A stretch of DNA of 63,872 bases, the filler included, from Sphacelaria rigidula (Eukaryota), in assembly GCA_964200075.2 (NCBI GenBank). It is 11 parts of 11 records of this genome, joined end to end, with 100 filler letters (N's around TTAATTAATTAA, not from the genome) between each part and the next. Parts side by side here need not be neighbours in the genome. Positions count along the whole stretch, not along the records: positions 34,897 to 40,612 come from CAXNAA020025024.1; positions 40,713 to 46,427 come from CAXNAA020025025.1; positions 46,528 to 52,242 come from CAXNAA020025026.1; positions 52,343 to 58,057 come from CAXNAA020025027.1; 7 more parts are not named here. One strand, 5' to 3'. Both the position numbers and the translations under genes were made by a program. Positions 39,495 through 52,490 of the stretch are shown piece after piece (positions within the stretch are counted from its first letter, which is position 1; every line of letters starts with the position of its first letter). The notes beneath the pieces are model-generated. The model ran no database searches. It had not been told where the DNA came from and saw nothing but the letters and a program-made list of their open reading frames with translations.

Positions 39495-39775
39495 ACTGGT
39501 CTGACTGACTACGTTTTCAACAGTTTCTGCATGCCATCTAAGGTCTCAATAATATCAGTCAATGTGACAGAATGTGCAGCACTTCCAACGCCCTCAACCT
39601 CTGGGTTCGCTTTTATAGCTCATAGCGGCGTTTGTAGAAGCCGTATATGCCCGTTCGGACAATTTAATTCCCTCATTTATTCTAGCGTTGATGTCTCGAC
39701 ACCGGATGGCGTGGGAGATGGGTTCGCCTCCCTTAGATTTTCCCTTCCGTGAGAATGTTTGGCTCAATGGTTCAG

Positions 39776-39931
39776 ATTACCTAAGCCAATCACAGTAAGC
39801 GGTAGGGAACCTCGTTCAATTCTTCTGGACGAAATAGATTCCTGTGCGACTGATATTAGCTTGTTGCATCTGGATGCGTGTGGTGGACACTACACCATGG
39901 CAGTACCTAATACTCGTATGCATGATAGCAC
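39776..39931 (+). CDS. Possible further RCC1-repeat exon (LPKPITVSGREP...LDACGGHYTMAVP...)
   Basis: ttcag| acceptor, AC|GTAAGT donor and an ACGGHYTMAV motif. The phase does not join directly to the 39328 donor. Confidence 0.4.
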
Positions 39932-40109
39932 GTAAGTAGCTGCAGAACGGTAATGTGTGTGCTTATGACCGTGTGACACCCCGGGTGACCAACCTGTCCC
40001 TACAGCCATGCGCGCTCTAGCACTCGTGGAAGAGCGGCACGCTCTGACGACGACTTGGCAGACACTACAGCGATGCACTCGCAATGTGCGTTTGGGTATT
40101 TAGTTCACC

Positions 40110-40440
40110 AACAGGCTGGGCCGCCCAAGACGCGGACAGGAATGTGAACACGCGATTATGCTGCTCAATTTTGGGGTGTTGACCATGAAGTTTTGACACG
40201 GTGTACAGGACGTATGTGCGAAGCCCTATCTTCCCTCGCACCCCCGCTCCCCCCCCCCCATATATAAATATATATTCGTGAGTTATTCGCGATATAGTTC
40301 CGCACAACTGTTCTGAAATGTTTAGTCGCCATACGTCTTGTACATCGTGTCAAAAGTTCATAGAAAACGCCCCAAAATTGCGAGTTCGTGTCGAAGACCG
40401 GTTTTTATGTGGAGATGGACCAGCTACGAAAGAATGAAAC
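40110..40440. mobile_element. MITE-like element with internal inverted repeats; second copy at about 49437-49830
   Basis: Shared acaggc.gggccgcccaagacgcggaca.g.atgtgaaca, inverted ttttgacacg.tgtaca.gacgta / tacgtc.t.tacatcgt.tcaaaa, and gttcgtgtcgaagaccggtt. Confidence 0.75.
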
Positions 40441-42499
40441 GTGATTATACTGTTCAATTTCAAGTGTGTGTGTTGTCTTCCCATTTATTCTGGGCGCCTG
40501 CCCTTTTGGTATATATGGGCGCACCAGCCGGGGTCACACAGGAGGAAGGTCAACACAGGAGCTTTTTCTTTTTTGTTTGTTTTCAGCACTTCACCTTCCT
40601 TCTGCGGTGCTTNNNNNNNNNNNNNNNNNNNNNNNNNNNNNNNNNNNNNNNNNNNNTTAATTAATTAANNNNNNNNNNNNNNNNNNNNNNNNNNNNNNNN
40701 NNNNNNNNNNNNGCCCACATATCCCGAAAGGGGTAGACTGGTGCCCAGAATAAATGGGACGGCAACACACACACACAACACACACTACCACAGCTACACT
40801 TTCTACTCCTGCTCCTACAATCCCGCGGTTGATTCCCGCTCCAACAGTCCCGCGGTTGCACCACGCCCGACAACCATCTTCATCCCCAGTCCCTTCATCA
40901 TCGCCGACAACACCGCAGTCGCCGCCACTTCCACCTCCTCTGCCAACAACGTCGCCAACAAGTTAACGACAACCACTGCCGCTGCCGCTATCACCGACTC
41001 TGTCCGCGGAAATCTTTTCACGCATGGCGCGGTGCCGGTCATATTGAGAAGGGGGGCGCGTAGGCACTCCCATGTGGTTCAGTACGGACAGTCAAGGAAG
41101 CGGGGGGGGGGGCAAGGAAGCAGGGGAGCAAGGAAGCAGAGGGGGCAAGAAAATGGCATGGAAAACGGGGGAGCACATTGATTGGAATAGAGCGAGAAGA
41201 TGGATTCAAGGCTCTTGACCAGAGGAGGAACGCAGAGGTCGGAGACAGATGCTGACATCTACAGCTCATTAGTAGGTTTATACTTTGCATGATTTGTGAT
41301 CGAGGTTTGACACCTACCGGTTATGTGAGGATATATTTATGCCACAACTGCGTGGCAGTGATGATTTATTTGACAAGTCATCAGACTTGCAGTGGTTGAT
41401 GAGTGGCATGCTTCACTGGGCATTTTAATCTCAGGATTCGCTAAGGATCATTTTGCGTGGAAAACTGGCGTAGGTCTAGAATGTTTGAACATTCAGGCTC
41501 GAGACTTTTATTTCACGTGTAAACCTCGGCCAGATCGTTTTGAACTGTATCCTATGTTCGATCGTAGTTCCGTTCGAGTTAGGTCGGATAAAACTCAGTT
41601 TATAGTATCACCGAGATGCAAACGTCACTTGATTTATATCTTCGTCTGCGTTCAATTTGTGGAAAGAGTGCAAATGTTTTGAAAGAAGCGCTATGGCCAC
41701 GAAAGCAAGGGGGGCGGAGGATTTGACAATGTGAGCCCTTTTGACTTGAGATTTACATGGAATGTATTCCCGCGAAGGGGAGAGTGATATAGGTTTGGGG
41801 GGGCATAAAATATTGGAGGTACTATTTCCTGGGTAAATTCAGCTTTGATATTATATACATTTTGGATTTTGAATATGACTTGAAATGAGTTATTTAGGTT
41901 TTGGGGGGCATAAGATATTGGTACTATTTTCTGGGTAAATGGTGTTTTTTATATTTCATATTTGTGGAGTTTGAGCATGGCTTGAGTTATTTTCATGTTT
42001 GTGTCGGGTTGTTATTTTTCCATTCTGATTTTCAACGGTATAGGTTTTCAAGTCATGACTGAGGCGTGAACAGGGGGGCTACTCGAATATGCTCATGTTC
42101 TGTCATGGACAAGGTTGATGTAGGATAGAGTGCGAAACAAATAGCATCAATAATGTTGCGATTGCAGAGGATTAGGTAAACACTCAGAGGAATAATGTAT
42201 AATGGCGTAGGTTATGCGAGTATAGTCAAGTGTGCACTCCGGGCAACTGTGGGTCTATCGCCCACGCCCTGCAGTCAGTCCTGGCCCTGGGTGCCATCTG
42301 TCTACCTCGCTCTGGGGGTTTACATAATAAGTGTATGTAGTGAGTGAGTTAGTGGGGTATTGAGTGAGAGAGATTGGGCGTGTGTCATTGTGTGAGTGAA
42401 TGAGGTTGAGTGGAGTCTGAGAGAGTAAACAGGGTGAAGGTAATCAAAACAGTCTGAGAGAGTAAACAGGGTGTTCTAGACTGCTGTTATCTACCTGAA

Positions 42500-43560
42500 C
42501 CAAGGTGCTGACTGCTGCTCACGCACTTGAGTTGTGTGGACGCTTACCCCCGCATTAGAGCGGTTGATCACAGGTATCCTCACCCCCACACAGTAGTCAC
42601 AGCATGCATGTGAAACGCAAGACAAATTTTGATGGGGGGTCTGAGGAGATTATTGGAATGATCCGCGGTACCGACAAGGTCGTTAAGGCGTACAGAAATA
42701 GTTGTTACCCCTACCTCCGTCATATCCCCCGGACCTTGATTGATGGTGGTCGTGATCGGGGTTGTTGTGCTGGTGACCCCTACGATGCCCATGACCATTC
42801 CTGCGAGACGGGTCTCCGTGACGGTGGTTGTGTTGGTGGTACCGAGTATCACACCCCCTACGATCGGAGCATCAATCGCGGTGCTGATGGTTAGAGTTGT
42901 GGCGAGGTTGGGGATCTGTGTGGTTGTTGTGGGAGTGGCAGTTGGTGTGGTAGTTTGTGAAGCATGAGTCGGTGTGGGATCGCCCTTTGACCCCCCCCCC
43001 CACACACACACACACACTTCCCATTGTTTCGCCGGCCGACAGATGCGACACCGCCGTAACCGCCAGGTGCTGTTAGCTTCTAGCATGAGTTGACGACGGA
43101 CCTACTCTACTCTTCGACACCTCCAACTCTGCATGCGCAGTTTTGATGATACGCTCAAACGTTTCGGTGTCCATCTCTCGCATTGCAAGAAGCATGCCTC
43201 GCTGAAGCTCACAGTTGGATGAAAGTCAGCGAACGTAGTGGCGGTTTGCATCCAGTTATGTGAAAATGAAGTCAAACTTCTGACGCTCTTGCCTTATTGG
43301 GTTAGCCCTGCTCAGGATCCCTGAAGGCGACTCATCCAGGCCCATCTCAAGTGTTTGTTATTCCAGCTCGAGGCGAGCTTTGAGTGCCGTGGGAGTCACA
43401 CTACAATACTGAACTAAATAGGCCCCAGCTTCGCTTGGGCTTCCGCACATGACTGTATGCTCTACAATCTGCGGTACAGAAATTTTGTCAATGATTATGT
43501 CCCATGCATGCTCTCTGAGCCTTATCAGCTGCAACATGACCAACTCCTTTTAAAGTGCCA
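42500..43560 (-). mobile_element. Highly degenerate LTR-retrotransposon (Copia-like) gag relic
   Basis: Fragments AWDIIIDK...CGSPSEAGAYLVQY...TALKARLELE and MGLDESPSGILSRA...ANRHYVR...FERIIKTAHAELE, followed by a Q/P/H-rich tract and a decayed zinc knuckle. Many stops. Confidence 0.55.
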
Positions 43561-44371
43561 GCTCGGTCTCGATGAAAACTCTGATCGGGGGCATCCGAAA
43601 AACGGGAATCGTAGCATATTGCAGGGTGATCGTGGCCATGTATCACTATTTTGATTCATGTTTGAGGAAATAATTGTTTTGGAATTGATTGTTGTTCAGC
43701 TTCGCTGTTTCAATATTCCTTACGGTCTACAATCAGTCCGCCATTTTCCTCTTTTGACTTACAGTACCAGGTAGTACCTGCGGTCAATCGCCCCGAAAAT
43801 TGGTGTGGCGGTGAAGTATTTATTTCCAGGGTTTGTTGATAGCAAACTGTCGTGATTGTGTGCCCAGCTGGAGCTCATCCTCCCTTTTGTCTGCGCACGC
43901 TCTCGCTTTTCGTCTGAACGGGCAATCATTTAAGGGAGCGGACCACGTTGGCCCCCTCCCTCGACGAGCTTGTCGTGGTTCAGAAACGTATCGGGCTACC
44001 CGCCTCCGATGTGCCGTCGATAGTTGCGTGTCCCCCGCCTACGTTTCTCACGACCATACTGAGAATCAACCACTCGCTTCGACCGGCTGTCCCGTAATCG
44101 TCGAGTAGGTGGATCGTGTTACCATACAGCTGGACCGCCAGCCGGTTGCACTAGTCAACACGTGATACACACGCTGATATGAACCAATCATGACTCACCT
44201 CGAACGGGTTGGTTATTGGTATCATGCGTAATTTTGTTTTCAATGTCTTCTCCCCATGCGAAGTGTTATCTCTACCGACGGGTGTTTATTGTCGGCTTAT
44301 TATACTGATAAGTGAGGTTTGCGACCATCAGTGCCAACTCGGTGCTCTGTAGAGAAAAACACCTTGGCGGA

Positions 44372-44504
44372 CTGCCTGTACATGATTTTCGACGATGAAG
44401 CTGCAAGTGCTTCACCCATGAGAGGCATAATATGTTATGCCTGTACATGATTTTGTGGTACATGGTCTGCAAGTGCTTCACCCATGAGAGGCATAATATG
44501 TTAT
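44372..44504 (+). repeat. Tandem duplication, 2 x ~67 bp
   Basis: gcctgtacatgatttt...ctgcaagtgcttcacccatgagaggcataatatgttatg occurs twice. Confidence 0.9.
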
Positions 44505-47500
44505 GTTATAGGGATTGCAGTAGCTGAGTTGTTTCTGGATACAGACCAGCGGGTGCGAGGAGTGAATATATCGGGCGAACAATTGAGCGCCCAGCGGATC
44601 AACTGTGCACCAACTGTGTCGCGTCGGGAACAAGTACGTAGTGGTCGCTTTTGGATGTTGTATAGCGTGGAACGATAAGAGTTGATAGATAGGTATGCAC
44701 GCATTGAGAGCTTGAAATAGCTTTGTGACGCACAAGATTTTGTGTGATGACTCTTTATTCCGTAGTTGAACCCCTGACCCTGATGAAAATGCTTCATATT
44801 AGCTCCTACCCTGCCTTGGGAGAACAGTGAACTGTGGGGGCACTTGTGCCATGTCTACACCAATCCGAACGCCCCGTCGTACACGATCGTGTTCCAAGAC
44901 CCTAAGCATCATCCACCTCAAGATACAGCGGTCAGTCAGCTGACATTCATGTCAACTACTACACCAACATCAACCGATATCTTCCACGTTCGCGTTATTC
45001 ATCCAGAAGCCCCTTTATTCTACGTCACCCAACATATATCGCAACGATCGATCGAACTAGCAATCTGTGTACACAGCAGATATACACATCCACGTTCGCT
45101 CCGATATGTTCTCCTCTTCCCCTCGAATCATATCTGTTTGTGTCCCTTCATGGATCGTGGCGAAAAATATACATCGTTCAGCGCCCCGCAACCATATCCG
45201 CCATGTTTTCGAACCTCACTCAATGGTGTGCTGTAGCATGTGAAGAACGGTGAGGGTAATTCTTCACACTGCCCTGAGGAAGACAGAAGCTCGCCAATAA
45301 TGTAGAATCGGTACGAACAACACTCACACCGAAAAACAGCCGCATTTTACATTCAACCCTTATCTTGTATATATATGTACATGTATCATTTCACTTTTTT
45401 CACCACGTTTGCCGAGTTTTCTCTGGCGGCAAGGCATCTCATCACGCACTTGCTTTTGCAGTGTACGAAGGAGGCGCAGGAGTACATTACACTTCAGGTT
45501 TGAGTGTCATCTAATACATGTGGCGCGTGTTCTGGCCATTAACAATCGCCCGCACTGGCTCTTTTTCGCGGGGTGTCGATCCCGGACCACAAAAGCCTTC
45601 CCAAGTTCATGAAACACTTCAAGCAGCAGGATGATGGTTAGCCGGGTATTTTCCCCCCGTGTTTCTCTTCGCTGGGTTCTCGTTCATTTGAGAGCACGAG
45701 TACACCACTCCTCCGCCAACGTCACGAGAACATGAGAACAGTGCAGTTGAAAACAATTGAACATTACCTTGGCCTTAGTCAGCAGCGAACACCAGACCGT
45801 GCGGTGAGCCTTTGACGAGTTGAAACAAAGCACACACGTGGGCCGACGTCCCCACGGTCGGTCAACCGTGTAGGGCCAGCAAAGCGGAGAGCCGAAATCC
45901 CTGTGATCATGCAACCCCTAAAATGCACCTGTTGTGAAGTACTGGCGCAGGGGTATCCTTGTGACAGGGTTGGCAGTTTTGCCGTTGTGACAGGGATGAC
46001 AGGGAGAATCATACGAGTACGTACCGCACGTATCTTTCGACGGCTTAGTATTGTATTTTCAGTACAAGTCAAGCGCTGCTTTGCTTGTGGATTTCTCCGC
46101 CGTGTCTGAACGAACTAGCCTGCAAAATGGCACAGGGGTAGACCACAACACAGACAGTATATTCACGGTTCGGCGGCACCTTTTACGTGGTGCGCCAGAC
46201 GCACGAAGTCAATACGGATTCTGGGCAATGCCATCGATATGCCCTCAAAACGGAGTCCCCTCGGCGCACACTGTGTGAGACGTCAGTGGATGCATATATG
46301 GATACGCAGATGCGCTCACTTCCACATCATGACCTGCTGGGTAGCTCCTGCCCCGGCAAACGAGCATCGATCCGTATGGGGTACACTCTGGATGATATCA
46401 TTTTCCGAGGTACCTATTTTGGTATCGNNNNNNNNNNNNNNNNNNNNNNNNNNNNNNNNNNNNNNNNNNNNTTAATTAATTAANNNNNNNNNNNNNNNNN
46501 NNNNNNNNNNNNNNNNNNNNNNNNNNNAAGCAGAAGAAATCGTGAATTTGGTGATTTTGAGTCGTGATGATTTGTCCTAACCGTGGATACTTCCGAAACA
46601 CTAGATAGCGTACACTTGTAACGACACTTTGGTCAAACACGATCGTTTGCAGAAACCCTCGCCAATGCTTTTCTGGGTGTGCTAACCTGTGTACTGTGCT
46701 GTTACATCGCCAATAACAAAACGCTCTGTTGCGTCTGGGCTCTTCCACTTGAGCGAATCTCGAGTGTGCACAAAACGACACCGAGCTGCTTTAAAATAAT
46801 ACATCCATGTGACGCGCATGGCAAGGTCTCACGTGACCATCCCTTAGCCGGGCCCAGGTCTCGAGTGAACGCCTGTGAACCGGACAGCAAAGTGAACATC
46901 TCACAGGGCCATCGTTGCACCGCTTCATAAATATAGACGCGTGAGAAAGATACGCATGAAATGCTGGTCATGTGAAGAACCGTCCATCACGCATAGTATG
47001 ACTTCTTGTGTATGTCATGTGCCTGGCAATGGCGCATACAGTAAACAAGGTTTGACTGTGGAAACCTCAAACCCTCATGTGTGATGTGCCCCCATCACGA
47101 AGGCGGGGTCCATGCACCACTACAATCGCATGTGCCATGTACACTTTGCATGCCGATAAAGCACATCATGCTTTCAAACTTCTGGGAACATATTCCCAGT
47201 CCTACTTGGTGTCATCCTGAGACTCCGTTCAAGTACCACGGCCACATGGTGAAGGTGGTACCTTCCGACGACTATTATAGCAGTCCCGGATACTGGTGTT
47301 GGAATGTCTAGGCGACATTTCTCGAGTTGTCCGCATCTACGACCATTCCATTCTTGCTTGCTGACTACTCTTCCCACGTAGCTCCTGCGAGACATGTTTC
47401 AGCTGCTATCGCGAAAATACTGTGTCTGGGGTGGGGGGCGGGGGTGGGCGGGGGTGCAGGTGGGTGAGTATGCTCCCGAACACATCCCAAATACAACACG

Positions 47501-50500
47501 CGCTGCCACGTGCATATCCATCACTACAACCATCACTGTCAGATAGAGAGCACAACGATATGTGTGGTGCGCGACCCGCTTGCACCATGTGAACGGGATA
47601 GCAATACAAAACCGCATCGAAAAAAAAAAAAATGGTGGTTAGCGAGGACTAGTGAACATGACTGACAGTACAGGCCGGTTCAAGGTTAACACCCCAAAAA
47701 CACTCAGCAGATCTCTTTCACAGCTCTCATCGAACATTTGCATACATGGTATCATACTGCCCATGGACAAATGGAGAGAGTGACATAGCCGGTGTTTTGT
47801 CCAAGGCCGTAATGGTAGCGCTACGGGGCGAATATGTGCCTCGACCAATCAGCGGCCTTCAAGTCGTTCTGAAATCAAGTATACGAATTCTCAACTGGCC
47901 GCCGCGACCTCATGGTGCAATGGTCCGACTGTTACCACTAAGGTGCGGAGATCATAAGTTCGAGTTCGGATGCGTCAAGTCTTTTCCTCCGTGTATCTGA
48001 TTTCCAACGTCGAAAGCAAGAGTCCGTGAGTAAGCAAAAATCAGTCGACTGAGTTTAATTGACGGAAGTTGACGCGGTGCGGGAGTGCTGACCCAATTCC
48101 GCAAGATCGAGATGCAAGGCATGGACAAGAGGGAAATGGGCTGATCCCTTGAGACAACGGACTCGTCCCGAAGATAGCGGTGTGCGACGAGTCAAATACC
48201 TGGGGAATGTATGAAACCCGAAGTGCGCCCACTTTTCACGTGCTTCAGTTCGTAGTATACCTGTCAAATCTCTGTGATGTGGAGTTCGGGCGTCGTCGGA
48301 TTTTTGGTGATCTGCCTCAAAGATCCAGAAGGCTTCCGGGCGCTTTCTCTTATATCTGTCGTCAAACAGCTGTGATCCCCTCAAACTTGGCAGATCGTTG
48401 AGTATTGGTGCTCCAAAAGGAACAACAAGGAGAACATTGACAAATATTTCGCAAGTTGCTCCGCTCACACCGGCTTCCGCGGGTTCAGGCGGGGAGACCC
48501 CCGCACGCCGGCATAGAATGCCTCAAAGCAAGACAACTGTATTCATTCGTCACGGGATAGTCAAAAAAATATTTGTACCAGTTCGTTGATAATCTCGAAA
48601 AATTGATGAAAAGCGGCCGTTTTCACGTTGAAAAGGGGCATTATATACTCAAATCAATCGAGTTAGGAGGTTGTATCGGGCACGGAACACTTCAGCGCAC
48701 ATGTCCGCAATATCTCACGCAGGTTTTTGGTGTTCGACTCTGAAAATTGAACATATACACTTTACGCCATTAAGAGTTTCTGGAGACGGGTTCGGCGATT
48801 ATTTCGTTCGCCGGTTGACGGGGGTTCCAGAACGTCACGTGATCGTCCCAATTCCTCAGAACCTAGGACTCCCGAAAACCGGCGAAACGGAGAGATCGAA
48901 AGATCCCATCCTCAGCAAGAATGTTTCGTCATGACCTGAAGTACAGATACACAATTTTTCAGCATCTAACTCTGAACCCTGCGGGAAGGTTTGCGGATGA
49001 AATGTAGTTGGGTGTTCACCGCGAATTAGATTGTATCCAGTAGCGGTTTGTTTGGTCAAAACGGGTGAAAGTGAATGACTATATAGTTGTATGACCTTGT
49101 GGCCTATACCATGAAGAGCGAGCCTACCAACAGGCACTTCTCAGATACATCGCGGCTTGAGTATACTGATCTGACACAACTCATGATGTTGTGACACTCT
49201 GAAACGAGACGAAGAAAATCAATTTACTAGTGGGACAGTCCCTCGTTCATCACCCATTTGGAGTGACGAGCCACTGTACATAGCCCGTATGAAATCAGTG
49301 CTTTCCCCGAGGGGTTTCCAACGCAGGCGTGGTCATCTGTGCATTCTCAGATTAAGGGCTCCAAAACACTCAAATCACTCACACCACTCATCTTGTAACA
49401 GTAAAATGAAGGTGTAGCTATCTTCTCGACTCCTCTGACAGGCCGGGCCGCCCAAGACGCGGACAAGGATGTGAACATGCGATTTATGCAGCTCAATTGT
49501 GGGTCGTTTTCTATGAAATTTTGACACGATGTACAAGACGTACGAGCAAATACACCTTTTTCTGCTCCCCACATTTTTGTTACTCGTAAGTTATTCACGA
49601 TTTTGTGACGAAACAAAATGTCCTGAAGTATTTGGTCGCCCAAACCTCACGGAAAAAGAACACAATTGGCAGAAGAGGGAGTCGTCGCACATACGTCCTA
49701 TACATCGTATTCAAAATATGGAGAAAACTATCCAAAATGGAGCTGCATAAGCGTGTTCGTGTCGAAGACCGGTTCCTTTGTGGAGATAGGCCAGCCACGA
49801 TGAAATAAAACGCGCTTGTGCTGTTCAATTTCGAGTATTTTCCCACGAAATTGCACACGATGTATATGAGGTATGTCATCAAGTCCTTATCATCCTTTGG
49901 GTTTTTTCTCGATGAGTTGTCGAGGGTTTTGTACCAGGAAAAAATGTTCCGAAATTGAGATCACTAAGTCACGAGAGAAAAAAAAGAGGGGGAAACAGTA
50001 GGGGATTCACACATATCACATGTACATCGTGTCAAAATTTCACAAAAACGACTTGAGATAGAGCAGTGAACTCGCGTCCTTCTGTCGAGATTTGTACAAC
50101 AACAACCAGTGCAGCATCATCACTTTGCGACCGCAGCACAACCGACTGTAACCGTAAGTGCGATTCCAGCCGCGTTCCTCTAATTTTGCTCCACATGCCA
50201 CCATCAATTCTTTACACTTCGCAGCCGACTACGGATTAATATTTCGTTTGATGGGAAGTTGTCAGATCACAGTGCCACGTTAGGTGAAAGACGCGCATTG
50301 ATTTGCAGGTTGCCACGATTTCTCATGGTAAGCAAAACTCGCGATAGATCGTCAGTTAGAACCGGCTGAAGGAAAGTCCGTTTCTTGGGCGGGTCAGCCT
50401 CGACGAATGCACACGTGGCACCGGCGTCGGCGCAAAGCCTGTGAGTAGAGCTTTCCAGTCAAAGTTGTCACGTGGTGTAATTCGTCATCCTAGACGGCCT

Positions 50501-50822
50501 ACAGAACTAGTTATCATGGCATGTCGGTTGTGCGTGGTCATCACCCATGAAGCCAGTTTCTCCTTCACGAAGCGAATTTCAGCTGTAGGGACGGCGCAAA
50601 GCCCGCAGCAAAATGCCGGGCGATGAAATCGTGGGCTACTTCACGTGGGAAGCGTGTGCTAGGACGTACGAACGAAGTACTAAATCATGTTCCTCGTTAA
50701 CGTCTATACAGCGCTGCAAGGTACGCGGTGTACAGAGCTCGGAACCCGCATGGGGCTTTTCTGGCCCGCAGCAAGCCTGAACGCAAAAAGGTTCCGAATT
50801 TCGCAACAACGTTTTAATCTAG

Positions 50823-51487
50823 GTCGAGTTGGGGGCGAGGATCACTGCTACGTAATTTCCTGTCGCTCACTCTTCTATGACGAAAGCTTACGCACGAAAG
50901 CAATTGATTCCGGAAAAGTGGGTTTTGCCACCGTGTCTCCCACTCGTTACATTTGCATATTTCATTGTTCAAACCTCAGGGCAGCGGGTTCGAGAATTTG
51001 CAAAGTATCAAGTACCTGTGCTATGAGTAGTATAACAAAACAAAACACTGCCGTGGTGCTTTCGTATCTCTCCCGCATTGTGCATTCCCAACTACTTTGT
51101 CTTACGTCGGTTTTGGTCATTCATCTCGAAGGAGTGGATGCCGTCGTCGGTTTGGTAACGTCCGCTATTTCTTGTCCACCGATCGGTGTGACAAAATAAT
51201 TGCGATTGTGAATTCAACTCTTGTGTGCGGCGAGCCGTGTAGTTTGATTATGGGTAGGTTTGTTTTGTCATTCCTTATTTCAAATTCACCCCAAGTACTC
51301 GGATGGTGCTTGCTGGAAACGTGGCACCACGATAGAGCCGTCAGTGGCACCGCTCCTGCGTTGCGGAGGGCGTCACTTTCTGAGTCCCTTTCTGTCCCTC
51401 TGCGATGACTATCGAGGTTTGGATCGTTCAACCAATCGTTTGACCTCCAGGGTGTACATGAATGCATGCAGCAACCTTGCAAGTACG
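50823..51487 (+). CDS. Two candidate phase-compatible exons (50823-50917, 51296-51487) of an unknown protein
   Basis: AG/GT boundaries with open frames (RVGGEDHCYVISCRSLFYDESLRTKAIDSGK | YSDGACWKRG...NLAST). No recognised motif. Confidence 0.25.
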
Positions 51488-51699
51488 GTATGCTGAGGAC
51501 TGCAATTATGGCTGCGGGTGCATTCATCGTTTCGCGGACACCCCCCCGTGCCGCACCGCACTCTGTGCCGCAGTGATACCGCCAAGATCGAGTACTCTAC
51601 TGTACCGTACAGTGCAGTCCTCTAAACACCGTACTCGAGGACAACCCCTGCAATGTTCTTCGAATCGAATCAGTATTTTCGAGCCACAGGTTTTGGAAG

Positions 51700-52145
51700 T
51701 AACACGGGATCTTACAAATTGGGGATGGATCTTTTATTGGTAACGAGAAACCCAGAGAATCAGAATCTTCGTATCCACACCAAATCTTCGAAAATATGGT
51801 TCCGTTTCTTCACCTACTGATAGCTACTGACAAGTGCTACACGCCATGGAAGTTTGGATTTCGATCACCGAAATGTTGGGGTCCCAGGTGGAAGAACCAA
51901 TTTTGAGGAATTTCGGGTGTCCGAACGGACGCCAAAATTGTTCCGAAATTGGTTTTCACCTAGAATCCCAACATTTCGGTGATCGAAACCAAAATTTCTA
52001 TCGCGTGTGGCACGTGTCAATAACTATCAGTAGGTGAAGACATGAAACCACATTTCGAAGGTTTAGTGTGGATACGAATATTTTAATTCTCCGGGTTTTT
52101 TACCCCAATAAAGGATCCATCCCCAATTTGCAAGATCGCGTGTTA
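51700..52145. mobile_element. ~445-bp fully palindromic MITE/foldback element
   Basis: taacacgggatcttacaaattggggatggatc...tttcgatcaccgaaatgttggg pairs with cccaacatttcggtgatcgaaa...gatccatccccaatttgcaagatcgcgtgtta, with almost no loop. Confidence 0.9.
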
Positions 52146-52342
52146 ACCCTTTTGGGACTGGGCCGCCAGAACGACCAACAAGGCTGGTTAGGAATGGCGT
52201 GTCCTGCATATGCATGAAACAGTGGCTTCATGTTGCTAAAAGNNNNNNNNNNNNNNNNNNNNNNNNNNNNNNNNNNNNNNNNNNNNTTAATTAATTAANN
52301 NNNNNNNNNNNNNNNNNNNNNNNNNNNNNNNNNNNNNNNNNN

Positions 52343-52490
52343 AAGTCGAATGTTGTGTACCCACGACATAGTCGCTCTCCACTGTTGGGCATGGTGTAAG
52401 AAAAAATCCCAGATTGCACCGGCGATCGATCCCCACAACTCAACCCTCAGAAGGTCACGAGGTTGCCGGCTGAGCCACCGGGGCGACCGG
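52343..52490 (-). mobile_element. 5' tRNA-like head of the SINE family seen at 30140-30420
   Basis: The minus strand reads ccggtcgccccggtggctcagccgg (A box) ... gggatcgatcgcc (B-box-like), then continues into the shared SINE body. Confidence 0.7.

Noticed and set aside
42580..43086. Thr-rich mucin-like protein
   Set aside because: It is an off-frame reading of the CAA/CCA-rich tail of a decayed gag.
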